Below, piece by piece: positions 9,586 through 19,753 of a stretch of DNA of 64,000 nt. The stretch is taken from positions 480,001 through 544,000 of the forward strand of contig CAXXKA010000008.1 of the NCBI GenBank assembly GCA_963668625.2, read 5' to 3'. Under the pieces are notes generated by a model. It was given only the letters and a program-made list of their open reading frames with translations. It had not been told where the DNA came from and searched no databases. Every line of letters starts with the position of its first letter. Position 1 is the first letter of the stretch. The stretch comes from an uncultured candidate division Zixibacteria bacterium (GTDB lineage: Bacteria > Zixibacteria > MSB-5A5 > UBA10806 > 4484-95). The position numbers were made by a program, and so were the translations under genes.

Positions 9586-10893
9586 TTATTTCCAAAATTT
9601 GTAAATATCCATTAAGCTTTCGCGATGTTTTAACACCTCGATTTTTTCACCATCATTATAATAACCGATAATCGTCGGCATCTGGCGGCTATTGTAGCGA
9701 GACCACATGCTTGTAGTATACGCTCCGGTATCGTGTATGGTTACATAGTCACCGGGATTTAACTCCGGTAATTTAACTTTTTCGGAGATGATATCCCCGG
9801 AGAAACAGAGTGGCCCGGCAATATCGTATTTAACCTGCTTGCCTAGCTTTATTTTTCCCTCCGAGGTTAAAGCCGAAAATTCATGCGGCCAGTTTCCACG
9901 GTCGTAGCATTCTCGGATAAACATATCGGCGCCCAGATGAATAACCGCGTAATTTTTTTTATCGTAATTTTTCACGTATTCCACCCGAGATATTGCCCAG
10001 CCTGCATTTGCGTGTATATAACGCCCGAACTCGGTAATGATTTTATATTTTCCCGAAAACAATCCCGGTACGGCGGTTTTAAGCTTACCGAAATAGTCAT
10101 CAATGTTTGGCATGGGGGTGTTTTCGAGATAGGTGACCGGCATTCCGCCGCCGATATCGACTATTTCGATACGATTCCCCGCGCCCCTTTTTTCTAGCAA
10201 TTGATTTATTTCTTCAGCCAAATCGTATAATTTTCTTATACCCTCTACCAGTTTATCCAGAGGCATACCTTGCGAACCGATATGTACGTGAATACCGGTT
10301 AACCAGCTATATTTCCCATAGGCCTCTATGATCTGATCCTTGAACCGATCGAGCGGTACGCCGAATTTGGAGTGTTTGCCGGCCGTGCTCGTGATCTCTA
10401 TATCGCCCGAGCCTACCTGGGGATTTACGCGCAAACCAAACGTGCTTTTAGTTTCAATCCTTTTCAGTATATTTGCAATCCGACTTAACTCCTCCGGCGA
10501 ATCGGCGTTCATGTGAACGTTTCTCTCTATGGCATATTCCAGTTCAACGATAGTTTTTGCCGGGGAGTCGAACACGATCCTGTCTGGTGCGAATCCCGTT
10601 TCCAATGCCATATATAGTTCTGGTAATGTCGCTGTTTCCACGCCGATATCAAGCTCGATCAATTTTGCGAGTACGGATACCAGTGGGTTGGCTTTTACCG
10701 CGGAGGTATGAAGGGCCTCGATATCTCCGGTGTGATATTTCAACCGTGCGATATTCGATTCTATCAGTGAAAGATCGTAAAATATCACAGCGGTATCATC
10801 CCCGGTTATATATTTCTCTTTACGAACCTTGCGTAGAACCGCAGCCATTCGCTCGGGAGAAATTCGACCGGTATTCGAGCTTTCGTTATTCAT
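9586..10893 (-). CDS. lysA: Diaminopimelate decarboxylase family PLP enzyme
   Basis: 'AVKAN' (PLP Lys), 'SKFG', 'HVHIGSQ', 'DIGGG', 'EFGR', 'GPLCFSGD', 'TGAY'; exact substrate not proven. Confidence 0.75.
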   Translation of the reverse strand: MNNESSNTGRISPERMAAVLRKVRKEKYITGDDTAVIFYDLSLIESNIARLKYHTGDIEALHTSAVKANPLVSVLAKLIELDIGVETATLPELYMALETGFAPDRIVFDSPAKTIVELEYAIERNVHMNADSPEELSRIANILKRIETKSTFGLRVNPQVGSGDIEITSTAGKHSKFGVPLDRFKDQIIEAYGKYSWLTGIHVHIGSQGMPLDKLVEGIRKLYDLAEEINQLLEKRGAGNRIEIVDIGGGMPVTYLENTPMPNIDDYFGKLKTAVPGLFSGKYKIITEFGRYIHANAGWAISRVEYVKNYDKKNYAVIHLGADMFIRECYDRGNWPHEFSALTSEGKIKLGKQVKYDIAGPLCFSGDIISEKVKLPELNPGDYVTIHDTGAYTTSMWSRYNSRQMPTIIGYYNDGEKIEVLKHRESLMDIYKFWK

Positions 10894-10915
10894 CTCAATA
10901 CGAATTATCTTTTAG

Positions 10916-12394
10916 TTACTCGCTTAGTATTTCGTAGTTCATGTCGTAATCCCATTGATCGAAATAGAGGTTACCACCCGCCCATTCTACCTCGCCGCGC
11001 TGCGAGTCTAAAGTCTCGGAACGAAAATGTATTTTCTTGGGATAAAACTCATCCGAGAAATTATCATTGAAAATAAGCCGGCCGTTATCCATGCCGCCCA
11101 AACGGAACCACTTGAGCTCTTCGTTATCGCTTTCGCACAGACCATAATCGGGATCGAACGGCAGCCAGCCGTATGGTTCGAAATATATCATACCCCAGTC
11201 ATGCATGTTATCGTAATTAGCGAACGCCGGCTCGAAATGCCACCCCGACTGCCATCTGGCGGGGATACCATTCAAGCGGCAGAGCGTGATCATGAGCATT
11301 GCCTTGATACCACAATCGCCGTGCATGTTGATAATGGGGTATTCACTAAGGTTACGGATAGTGGAATATTCGCGCGCCGAGGCCCAGGGGATGTTCTCTC
11401 CTATCCAGGCGAATATTTTCTGTGCCTTGCGATAGGGATTAGTTTCATCTCCAACAATCTTAGTTGATAAAGCTCTCATGGTATCGGTAAACATTATATG
11501 CGGCGCGCGCTCCGAGAGAAACGGCTTGAGCCCTCCCTCGGGATCGACCGGCACGACATTCTCGGGGACGATATCGGTGTACATGGCATATATCGTATAC
11601 TCGTACTGCGCCCTGAATACGGTTGGTTCGCCGGCGGTCGCCTTTTTCTCGAAATATATCGTGCGCTGTTTGGTAATATCGTTGGGCGCTATTTGATACT
11701 CGGCCGGATCGCTGCTCAAGTATTTGATATTTAGCTGCCTGTCCTGGATCTCGCGCGGGTAGGGTATCCAGCAGCGGATTGTTTCACCGGCGGGAACGGC
11801 ATCGGCGTTAACAGTGATAGAATAGTCGATTCGCCGCGTGGCAGGATAAGCATATTTTCCTCCGGTGCGATGGTAATAATCTATTACGGCCTGATTATGC
11901 TTGTTGAACACCAGCGCCGAGCGGGTGGAATCGTCCGGGGCTTTTACTCTATCGGGATGACGAGCCTCCCAGATTCCCTTGGCCTCCTTATTTATCCGAA
12001 ATAGGTTACGGGCGGCATTGCGGAAATAACGCTTCTGACCATCAATGAGCATCATCTCCAGGGACTTGTCGGTCTCCCATTGGTCTAATTGCTTATCGGT
12101 AAGGTCCGGGTAATAATCGCGAAAATACTCCCTGACATCCTCTCGGGTTTTGTTGAAGTCGATTTCGATACGTCTTATGCGCTCAAGTTCGAACTGAGCG
12201 TTATACACTTCCGCCTCGGTTAGCGTGGTGTCGTTATCGAGCATATCGTTTATGACTTGCCGGGCTTCGGTGAATTCGCCCTGATTAATCAGCGATTTGT
12301 AATCGGCGTGATGATTAAGAGATGTGCAGGACATCAATAAAATCAATATTATTGAAAAGGTTAAAGCCGCTTTTGCGATAGCGTTTAAATTCAT
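10916..12394 (-). CDS. Transglutaminase-like lipoprotein
   Basis: Lipobox-like 'LMSC'; triad motifs 'GDCG', 'MHDW', 'GWLPFD'. Confidence 0.85.
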   Translation of the reverse strand: MNLNAIAKAALTFSIILILLMSCTSLNHHADYKSLINQGEFTEARQVINDMLDNDTTLTEAEVYNAQFELERIRRIEIDFNKTREDVREYFRDYYPDLTDKQLDQWETDKSLEMMLIDGQKRYFRNAARNLFRINKEAKGIWEARHPDRVKAPDDSTRSALVFNKHNQAVIDYYHRTGGKYAYPATRRIDYSITVNADAVPAGETIRCWIPYPREIQDRQLNIKYLSSDPAEYQIAPNDITKQRTIYFEKKATAGEPTVFRAQYEYTIYAMYTDIVPENVVPVDPEGGLKPFLSERAPHIMFTDTMRALSTKIVGDETNPYRKAQKIFAWIGENIPWASAREYSTIRNLSEYPIINMHGDCGIKAMLMITLCRLNGIPARWQSGWHFEPAFANYDNMHDWGMIYFEPYGWLPFDPDYGLCESDNEELKWFRLGGMDNGRLIFNDNFSDEFYPKKIHFRSETLDSQRGEVEWAGGNLYFDQWDYDMNYEILSE

Positions 12395-12434
12395 AACCTG
12401 TCCTTTCGATAAATTTCATTCAGATTTTCAGTGA

Positions 12435-12508
12435 TTGGGGTAGGTCCTCATGCCCCAACTGGTTTGTCTACAAACCAATGCTTACAGACGAGGACGTCCG
12501 CCAGCCAC
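12435..12508. repeat. REP-like palindromic element (family B)
   Basis: CAGACGAGGACGTCCGCCAGCCAC (12485-12508) is the reverse complement of 35982-36005 with 2 mismatches; hairpin TTGGGG...CCCCAA at 12435-12458. Confidence 0.65.
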
Positions 12509-12978
12509 GATTCATCAATATAGCCCAAACGTGTATTAGGATGATAGGAGAATGCAGGGGAAATTTCAACAGGATTTATAAGTCGTATAAAGGTAAAGTA
12601 TCGATGGTAGCTTGTCAGGAAAGAGAGTCCCGTTAATGAACGGATTGTTTTATTTTTCCTATTCTATCAATGATATCCAAGAAAACGCGTTATTATTTCT
12701 CCCAATAATACCACATCACTTCCGATATCCACTCCGGCTGTTTGATTTCGCTCCTTTGCAGAAACTCTTTCACTACCAATATAATTATATATTCTGCGTA
12801 TCATGTATTCTGACATGTCCTGTCGATGTTAGGCTTAGTTCCCTGGTTTCCAAGCACTGCCTGGAAACCTTCTTGAGTCATATAGAATGCGCATTCTGCC
12901 GGCAAATAAGCCACGTTGCGAAGCAGAGCTTCGTAACGAGATGGAAAGCCCGGACAGTGGTGAATTATACTCATCAAT

Positions 12979-13380
12979 TTATGATTTCATGGATTTTTTG
13001 GTCTCGACCGATTTGACGATCACGAATGCCAGTAGGGCGAACACGAAAAAGATCAGAAGTACCCAGGCCATCCCTTGAATAGTGCCAATTATCGTGCCGT
13101 ACACCTCGAGCACCCATCGTTCGTTTGTTAGCTCCAGCATCTGCCTTTCGCCGTCAATCATCGTGGGAGTGATATAACGCTTGAGCTCCCAGATCCGTAC
13201 ACCGCTCGAGATACCGACCACATACAGGGCGAATTGCATGTATTTTACCCAGGCCATGCTAATCTCATCAGCAATAATACGAGTGAGGATTTTAATCAGC
13301 GAAGGGGAGAATATTTTAACTACTATAAACGATACCACGAACGCGATAATAAAAGTAACCAGCATTAATAACATAAACAT
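12979..13380 (-). CDS. Hypothetical three-TM membrane protein
   Basis: Three hydrophobic helices, RBS GGGAG, co-oriented with neighbours. Confidence 0.75.
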   Translation of the reverse strand: MFMLLMLVTFIIAFVVSFIVVKIFSPSLIKILTRIIADEISMAWVKYMQFALYVVGISSGVRIWELKRYITPTMIDGERQMLELTNERWVLEVYGTIIGTIQGMAWVLLIFFVFALLAFVIVKSVETKKSMKS

Positions 13381-13425
13381 AGAAACTCCCGCGAAATATA
13401 TGAATGATAGATTTATATCAAAAGC

Positions 13426-13764
13426 TTATGGTACTTGGACGTTTTCTGAGGGTACCCAGCCCTTTTCGCCCTCGCGATTTTTACAGAAAACCCAGCCGCT
13501 TTCCTCCTCTAAGATATTTAATGGCTCGCCCTCGGCGGCGTTTAACTCTAAAGCGGTATAATCGCGATTAATTCTAGCTTTATCACCATCGATTTCTAGA
13601 AAGGCCTCCGGGACCCAACCGCTTTTCTCGTTCCTGTCGGTGCACCAGATCCAACCGGGATAGTCTTCATCCCTCTCTATAATTTCCAGCTCATCGCCTT
13701 CTTTGACAATAAGTGGGTCAGGATATGTCCGTCTATGAGCTTTAACTACTCTGCATCTTTTCAT
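13426..13764 (-). CDS. Tandem SH3-domain protein
   Basis: Two repeats 'GD/E.L.I...GW.(W/F)C...GWVP'. Confidence 0.85.
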   Translation of the reverse strand: MKRCRVVKAHRRTYPDPLIVKEGDELEIIERDEDYPGWIWCTDRNEKSGWVPEAFLEIDGDKARINRDYTALELNAAEGEPLNILEEESGWVFCKNREGEKGWVPSENVQVP

Positions 13765-13772
13765 CTTATTCC

Positions 13773-14186
13773 TTACTCCAGCAATTTACCCATACTAACT
13801 CTAGGTTCAATATGATAGCCCAGCTTTTCGTAAAACGCAACAACTTCCTTGTTTCCCTCGCGTATTTGAAGGTTAATTTTTGAACATCCGGCCTCTTTTA
13901 GTCCCTGCTCGGCCCGGGCCATCAATGCCGACCCGATACCCTGTCTTCTTATATCGGCATCTACCGCCACATAATAAATCCAGCCGCGATGACCATCATA
14001 ACCGGCCATTACAGTCCCGATTATTTGGGAATCAATTTCGGCGACGTAGAATAAATCTCTTTGTACCTTTAGCTTACGCTCAATATCCAGTTCCGGTTTG
14101 TTATGCCGGGGATTCCCGGGAAACACCTTACGCCATAAATCGGCGACACGCTTTGTATCATTTTTTTCGAAAGTCCTGATTTTCAT
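13773..14186 (-). CDS. GNAT acetyltransferase (YpeA-like)
   Basis: 'GTVMAGYDGHRGWIYYVAV...RRQGIG...KINLQIR...FYEKLGY'. Confidence 0.9.
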   Translation of the reverse strand: MKIRTFEKNDTKRVADLWRKVFPGNPRHNKPELDIERKLKVQRDLFYVAEIDSQIIGTVMAGYDGHRGWIYYVAVDADIRRQGIGSALMARAEQGLKEAGCSKINLQIREGNKEVVAFYEKLGYHIEPRVSMGKLLE

Positions 14187-14236
14187 TCTAATTTCATCCC
14201 AAAATCTGATTTAAGCGGTTCTCTATAGCTAAACTA

Positions 14237-15382
14237 TTATTCACGCCAATCAATCACTCCCCACTCGACGAGAGTGAAGCCATCCCGATTGAACTGATCG
14301 TTTATCTCAGGCTGTTCTAAAATAATGTCGTTTTCAAGTGGGCGAATAATGAAAAATGCCCTCAATATATTGGGAGGAACAGGGGTAACATCAAGTCTTA
14401 TAAGCGATTTAGGCTCCTGATAGTAAAATGCGTAATAAGCGTGGCCCTCGATTCGCGGTTGCCAGAAATCCACGAAATCATCAATCTCGCGGCCGGCAAA
14501 ACCTATGTCCTCGAGAAGGCTCCTCATCTCTTGCTCCAGGTTGCCGCCATCCAGAACCCAGCCTTGGCAGTTGACATTATCAAGAATTATTGCTCCCTCA
14601 TAGAACAGGTAATCGTACTGCCCGTTTATAATGCCCTCAGGATTAACATTGACATTCCAGCCACTGTTATATTCGGGTTCCGATTCGGTAATAGTGCCCT
14701 CGCATAATATATCAACTCGTACGCTGATATCGGTGGTATGCTCAGGATACAGGTAGATATACGGAGCTTCTACCACAGCTACCTCTTCATAGTCCAAATC
14801 ATAATAATCGGTACCGTTGGAATTGACAATGTCGAGTGTGACTGTTGGGTCACTATAGTCAAGGATAAGCGTGTACTCACCAACCGGTAGATTGCCTAAA
14901 CCGAATCGTCCCTGGCTATCGGTCGTGGTTGAGGCGTATCCGCCATCCAAACCGGATAAATAAATATCCCTGTTTGCATAGTAGCAGCTATGCCACATTG
15001 GTTGAGTTGCAACTATCGTTCCCGTGATTGACATGGTGGTTTGTGGAACCGAGTCGAGATCTATTGTGAGGGTATCATAATCGTTACGATAGTAGTACTG
15101 TGAGTAATATCCTTCCGCCGAGGCGTAAATATTGAGGCCATGTCCGTTGGTGGCGGATGAATCATCCAGGACAACTGTCAGGGTAGTTTCGGCGGGCAAG
15201 GTGGATATTTGTAAAAGAGAGTCGTTATATACCGAGTATATAGATAGCTCTATGTTTTGAGCCTCGCTTTCGATTGGATCGGGAAAATCATGTGGATCAT
15301 CCGAATCCGTGGAGTTATCGCAGGCCGCTAAAGATAAAACTAAAGACAATGTGGTTACCATAAGGGGAAAAGGTAATTTCAT
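14237..15382 (-). CDS. Lipoprotein with Ig/carboxypeptidase-regulatory-like domain and C-terminal 'PxIYLYP' domain of unknown function
   Basis: Lipobox 'LAAC'; 'TTDSQGRF...LPVGEYTL'; 'APYIYLYP...YDYLFYEG...EIDDFVDFW...VEWG'. Confidence 0.7.
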   Translation of the reverse strand: MKLPFPLMVTTLSLVLSLAACDNSTDSDDPHDFPDPIESEAQNIELSIYSVYNDSLLQISTLPAETTLTVVLDDSSATNGHGLNIYASAEGYYSQYYYRNDYDTLTIDLDSVPQTTMSITGTIVATQPMWHSCYYANRDIYLSGLDGGYASTTTDSQGRFGLGNLPVGEYTLILDYSDPTVTLDIVNSNGTDYYDLDYEEVAVVEAPYIYLYPEHTTDISVRVDILCEGTITESEPEYNSGWNVNVNPEGIINGQYDYLFYEGAIILDNVNCQGWVLDGGNLEQEMRSLLEDIGFAGREIDDFVDFWQPRIEGHAYYAFYYQEPKSLIRLDVTPVPPNILRAFFIIRPLENDIILEQPEINDQFNRDGFTLVEWGVIDWRE

Positions 15383-15550
15383 AATTAACCTCCAATTATT
15401 CTTTATATTAAATATTATATATATAAAGCTCTAAAGTTCAAAATAATTAATGATTCGGGTATTATATGCGGTTCCCGCAATTAGCCCGGTTGGGATGATT
15501 AAAAATATTATTTCGCCGGCATTTTGGGATTTTCACCGGTTCCCCGACTT

Positions 15551-16711
15551 TTACGTCTGTGCTTTTACTACTTTTGTTTTTTCGGTCGAGGGTACGACCA
15601 GCTCTATCCTAATACCCATCCTGGCAATATCCTTGAAAAAGAGCTGGGGATCAACCATTAATCCCTGATACCATAATCCGGGAACACGTTTATCATTATG
15701 AAGGTATTGTTTCAGGCAGGCAACAACCGGGATTGCCGCCATATAGTAGAAATCGTGATGAGCTATGTTGATAATAGCTCTTTTCGTGACTTCCCCCAAT
15801 ATGCCCTCCGCTTCCAACCTTAAAAATCCATTGTAAAGAGGATCGGTAAACTGCCTGAGCGACCAGAATAGAATTTTCCCCAGAGTGTCATTGAGACTAT
15901 TACCGAACAAGCCTTGTGAAATTATTGCAAGAGGCATCAAGATATAGTCAACGAACCAGTTAAAACCGGGATAGAAAAAGCCTGTTTCCAATAATGATGG
16001 AAATTCTATGGGAAGGTATTCCATTTCCTCCAGAAATATAGGGTAGCACAATTTCGGGTTGGCGAAAAGGCGGGAGTCAAGTCTCTTGTATTCGCGCCAC
16101 TTAATCCGTTTCCAGGTACCATCACGATATGCCAGAGGTCTAAATTCTTTGAAACTACTTACCAGGTCAGCCGCCGTACTTGGTGAGTTGATGAATTTTT
16201 CCCAGTTATACTGGATGGAGGCTATAACGTCCGCCTTGGTTATCTCATCGAAAAAAGTAGCGGCGTATCTGACCATCGCCGCTGGCAAACCGGGATGCGC
16301 GCCGGCATCGGTAATAAAACATAGTTCGCTTCGGAGTATTTCTTTTTCGAATGATTTGAGAATATTAGATTTTGATTTAAGCGACAGATTGGTATCGAGA
16401 TAATCGATTTTGGAGCCAATCGCGGCCTCGACAATATTCCGGGTGTGTTGAAGAGTGCCGGCCGCGTTGATCACTATATCGATATCCTCGAACGCGCTTA
16501 TCAGGCTTTTATAGTCGGAAGCATCGGCATAACGAGACTCGAATCTGTGGGTGACATATTTATCATTCAACAGCGCGGCTGTTTTTTGGGTGCTTTTTTC
16601 ATTTTTGCCGGCAATTATAATTATATCTTCTTTAGTCTCTCGGATTAGGAGTTCCGCGATACAATAGCCAAGATTACCGTAGCCGCCGAGGATCAGTATT
16701 TGTTTCGACAT
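15551..16711 (-). CDS. Saccharopine dehydrogenase-like NAD(P)-binding oxidoreductase
   Basis: Rossmann 'ILILGGYGNLG', 'VINAAG', 'DYLD', 'DAGAHPG'; likely start MSKQ at 16711. Confidence 0.8.
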   Translation of the reverse strand: MSKQILILGGYGNLGYCIAELLIRETKEDIIIIAGKNEKSTQKTAALLNDKYVTHRFESRYADASDYKSLISAFEDIDIVINAAGTLQHTRNIVEAAIGSKIDYLDTNLSLKSKSNILKSFEKEILRSELCFITDAGAHPGLPAAMVRYAATFFDEITKADVIASIQYNWEKFINSPSTAADLVSSFKEFRPLAYRDGTWKRIKWREYKRLDSRLFANPKLCYPIFLEEMEYLPIEFPSLLETGFFYPGFNWFVDYILMPLAIISQGLFGNSLNDTLGKILFWSLRQFTDPLYNGFLRLEAEGILGEVTKRAIINIAHHDFYYMAAIPVVACLKQYLHNDKRVPGLWYQGLMVDPQLFFKDIARMGIRIELVVPSTEKTKVVKAQT

Positions 16712-17345
16712 GTGAACGTCCACTCCAATTTTAATGATACGAATTTATATCAAATGAGCCCCGGGTCATTCAACTATCAGATCGCTATTTTCGTTATCGG
16801 AAACAGAAGTGATAAAATTGAATTTTAAATTTATATTCATGTAGATAGTCGTGTCTTTTATTGGGGTGTTTAAGGGATGTTTTAAATATTTTCGACAGTT
16901 TAAATAGCTTAGGATTATTGAATTAAAATTATGGGAGTTTTAGTTTTTAAGATTTATGTAAGTTATGAATCTGTCCAATTGTATCATTCTGTTACAGGTT
17001 TTGCGGTAGTAAAAGATTTGATATTTCTTAGAGCTGGTGTTCGGTATTTTCGGTTTATTTTATAATTACTCTGGAAATCATCGGCGAAAACTATTTTTCG
17101 ATGTAATCTTATAGTCAGCGCGTCAGGATGTCGCTCTGCTTTCATACCGACTCATCCAGTCCCCTTATACAAGAGTTATATATTACAATATCTTCTTCCA
17201 GCCAGATGTCTCAGGCTGGAAGGTGCGACGTAAACACAATTTAAAAAAATTGAGCCTCGCCGGACACGGCGGATTTCTTATATGTTATATCCACAACGAT
17301 AGTATTTTAAAAAAAATTGTAATACGCTTGTCCATAAAGTGAAAA

Positions 17346-17417
17346 AGACTGCTTCGCCAATTATCGCAACGACCTGGGCTTATTGCCATTACGAGGAGCG
17401 TGGGCGGCGAAGCAGCC
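17346..17417. repeat. Degenerate family A repeat halves
   Basis: AGACTGCTTCG...TCGCAACGAC and GCCATTACGAGGAGCG...GAAGCAGCC. Confidence 0.5.
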
Positions 17418-17457
17418 AATTTAAAGGAACCTGCTAGTATTTTAAAAGGCACTTATT

Positions 17458-19530
17458 TTAATTCTCAACAATTGACTTTTCGATCTCCATCGACTTTTTC
17501 ACCAACTCGATAAACTCGGCGCGATAACCGTTGATATCCTCGCCTCTGGCTTTTTGGGCCAGTTTTAGTACCTGCTCGTAGTCGCCATCCCCGGAGAACT
17601 CCGATTCACGAATGAGCATGCCCCATTCGGCAACCGCGGCCGAGAATTGGAAATTATCCGAGGTCTTTTTCAGCTTGATAGCCTCATCGAGCTGCGCCTT
17701 TTCGATAAGCTTGCTTTTATCACCATCCGGTTGTTTATAGCGAAGCTTTATATTGGCGATCTCCTGGCTTTCGATCGCGTTTACCGGTATCATAACCACC
17801 TGGTATTTCAAATCATCCACCGAGGCCAACGGCTCACTGCTACCCGAGGAGGGGATGATCTCGTACAGGGCGGTCACGGTATGACCCGCGCCAAGCTCTC
17901 CGGCATCCTTGCTGTCATCGTTGAAATCCTCCTTTGTCAGTATCCTGTTTTCGTATCCCACCAGACGATAACCCTTAACTCTAAGTGGATTGAACTCGAT
18001 CTGTATTTTAACATCTTTGGCGATAGTGAACAGCGTACCGCGAAGGTCATGCACCAGCACTTTCTTTGCCTCGTTGATATTATCGATATAGGCGTAGTTA
18101 CCGTTGCCCTTATCCGCCAGGATCTCCATCTTGCTGTCTTTATAATTCCCCATGCCGAAACCCAGCACGGTCAGGAATATACCGTCATCCCGCTTGCTCT
18201 CGATTAACTCGGTCATCTCACCATCACTGGAAACACCGATATTGAAATCACCATCGGTGGCGAGAATTACACGGTTGTTGCCGCCATTGATGAAATACCT
18301 TTTGGCCACCTCATAAGCGGTGATTATACCTTTAGCTCCGGCAGTACAGCCGCCGGCGGAAAGACCATCGATAGCCCGGTTGATTTTAACCTTCTCGTTG
18401 CCCGGCGTTGATTCGAGAACGAGTCCGGCGTTACCGGCGTAAGTAACCATGGCAACTCTATCCTGTTCGCGAAGCTCATTGACCAGTAATTTCATCGAGC
18501 GTTGTAAAAGCGGTAGTTTATTGTAATCCATCATCGAACCGGAGACATCAATGAGGAACACCAGGTTGCAGGCGGACAAATTCTCATGAGGAATATCTTT
18601 TCCCTGAAGTCCTACATGCAGAAGCTTGTTCTCATCGTTCCATGGACACTGCGAAAGCTCTGTGGTAATCAAAAACGGCAGGTCGTCCTCCGGTTGAGGG
18701 TAGTCGTAATTGAAATAGTTAATCAGCTCCTCCAAACGGACGGCATCTATAGGCGGCAGGAAACCATCATTGAGGTAGCGTCGGACATTACTGTATGAGG
18801 CCGCGTCGACATCGATAGAGAACGTTGAAAGCGGGTTGTCCTTCGGGCTTTTAAACTCGTTTTCGACTATATGCGCGTACGATTCGGTGTTCCAGCGGTA
18901 CATCTCCGCGCGACGTTTGACACGATCCGCCGGTGCTGGAGAGGTCTCGCCATAGCCGCCAAGGTTATCGCGGATCAGTACACCGTCATCTATGAAACCC
19001 AGCTCGCCAGCGCGTGAACCACGGACATGTAATGAGCCGCCCTGGCTGGCGAAACCGGTTTGCATTTTGACTATACCCTGTATATTGCTAACGGGCAGTG
19101 CTTCTATTTCACGGGATGATATTCTATCTATACATCTAGTTTCAAATTTATCAACCTCTTTAGTTCTTGCACATACTACTATGCTATCAATTTCAATTGG
19201 TTGAGATTCCATCTTGAAATCTAATTGGGTTGTTATATCAGCAAGGATCTCTAAATCTGGTACGGTAATCCGGTTGTAGCCTATACATGAGGCTACAATG
19301 GTATACTTACCGGCAGGTATATTTTGAATGGCATAGCTGCCATCTATAGCATTTGCTGCTGCGCCTATAGTAGTGCCTTCTAGCTGAACTCTGGCGCCTA
19401 TTACCGGTTGATTATTTTCACTGTCCAGAATAAACCCGGCCAGCTTGCCGGTTTCCCCAGCCCATGCCGTATTTAGCGCCATAGTCGACAGCGCTATTAT
19501 TATTACCATCAGTACATACGTTCTTTTCAT
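17458..19530 (-). CDS. YfbK-like VWA protein with N-terminal carboxypeptidase-regulatory-like domain and partial TonB plug
   Basis: Start MKRTYV at 19530 (RBS GGGAGG); 'PLSTFSIDVDAASY', MIDAS 'DVSGSM', 'ATDGDFNIG', 'TIAKDVKIQIEFNP', 'DAGELGAGH'. Confidence 0.88.
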   Translation of the reverse strand: MKRTYVLMVIIIALSTMALNTAWAGETGKLAGFILDSENNQPVIGARVQLEGTTIGAAANAIDGSYAIQNIPAGKYTIVASCIGYNRITVPDLEILADITTQLDFKMESQPIEIDSIVVCARTKEVDKFETRCIDRISSREIEALPVSNIQGIVKMQTGFASQGGSLHVRGSRAGELGFIDDGVLIRDNLGGYGETSPAPADRVKRRAEMYRWNTESYAHIVENEFKSPKDNPLSTFSIDVDAASYSNVRRYLNDGFLPPIDAVRLEELINYFNYDYPQPEDDLPFLITTELSQCPWNDENKLLHVGLQGKDIPHENLSACNLVFLIDVSGSMMDYNKLPLLQRSMKLLVNELREQDRVAMVTYAGNAGLVLESTPGNEKVKINRAIDGLSAGGCTAGAKGIITAYEVAKRYFINGGNNRVILATDGDFNIGVSSDGEMTELIESKRDDGIFLTVLGFGMGNYKDSKMEILADKGNGNYAYIDNINEAKKVLVHDLRGTLFTIAKDVKIQIEFNPLRVKGYRLVGYENRILTKEDFNDDSKDAGELGAGHTVTALYEIIPSSGSSEPLASVDDLKYQVVMIPVNAIESQEIANIKLRYKQPDGDKSKLIEKAQLDEAIKLKKTSDNFQFSAAVAEWGMLIRESEFSGDGDYEQVLKLAQKARGEDINGYRAEFIELVKKSMEIEKSIVEN

Positions 19531-19753
19531 AGTTCCTCCCATCACTCGCCTGTTCGGCGATCCCTTCCGGGCATACCCGCGTGGACTACTCATCGGACTC
19601 CCCCCAGCGGTTTGCCCGTCCTTTCATCCACGCGGACTCTCTCACCCATTACGAATTACTTGTGTCATCAATACAACCGGTACCGGATTGTGCCTTTGCC
19701 ATATTAGTTAGTGTTACATACAACGATTCCAAATAATCCACCCGATAAACCCA

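Noticed and set aside
12612-13016. 134-aa plus-strand ORF
   Set aside because: Atypical composition, overlaps a convergent gene, no motif
9586-16723. Carboxy(nor)spermidine pathway (saccharopine-DH-like plus decarboxylase)
   Set aside because: Genes are about 4.7 kb apart with unrelated genes between, and the decarboxylase motifs look LysA-like
19577-19635. Hammerhead ribozyme or c-di-GMP-I riboswitch call
   Set aside because: GAAA and CGATGA are present but stems I/III and the cleavage triplet do not fit; the GEMM GAAA loop and ACGCAAAG are missing. Kept only as an unnamed structure
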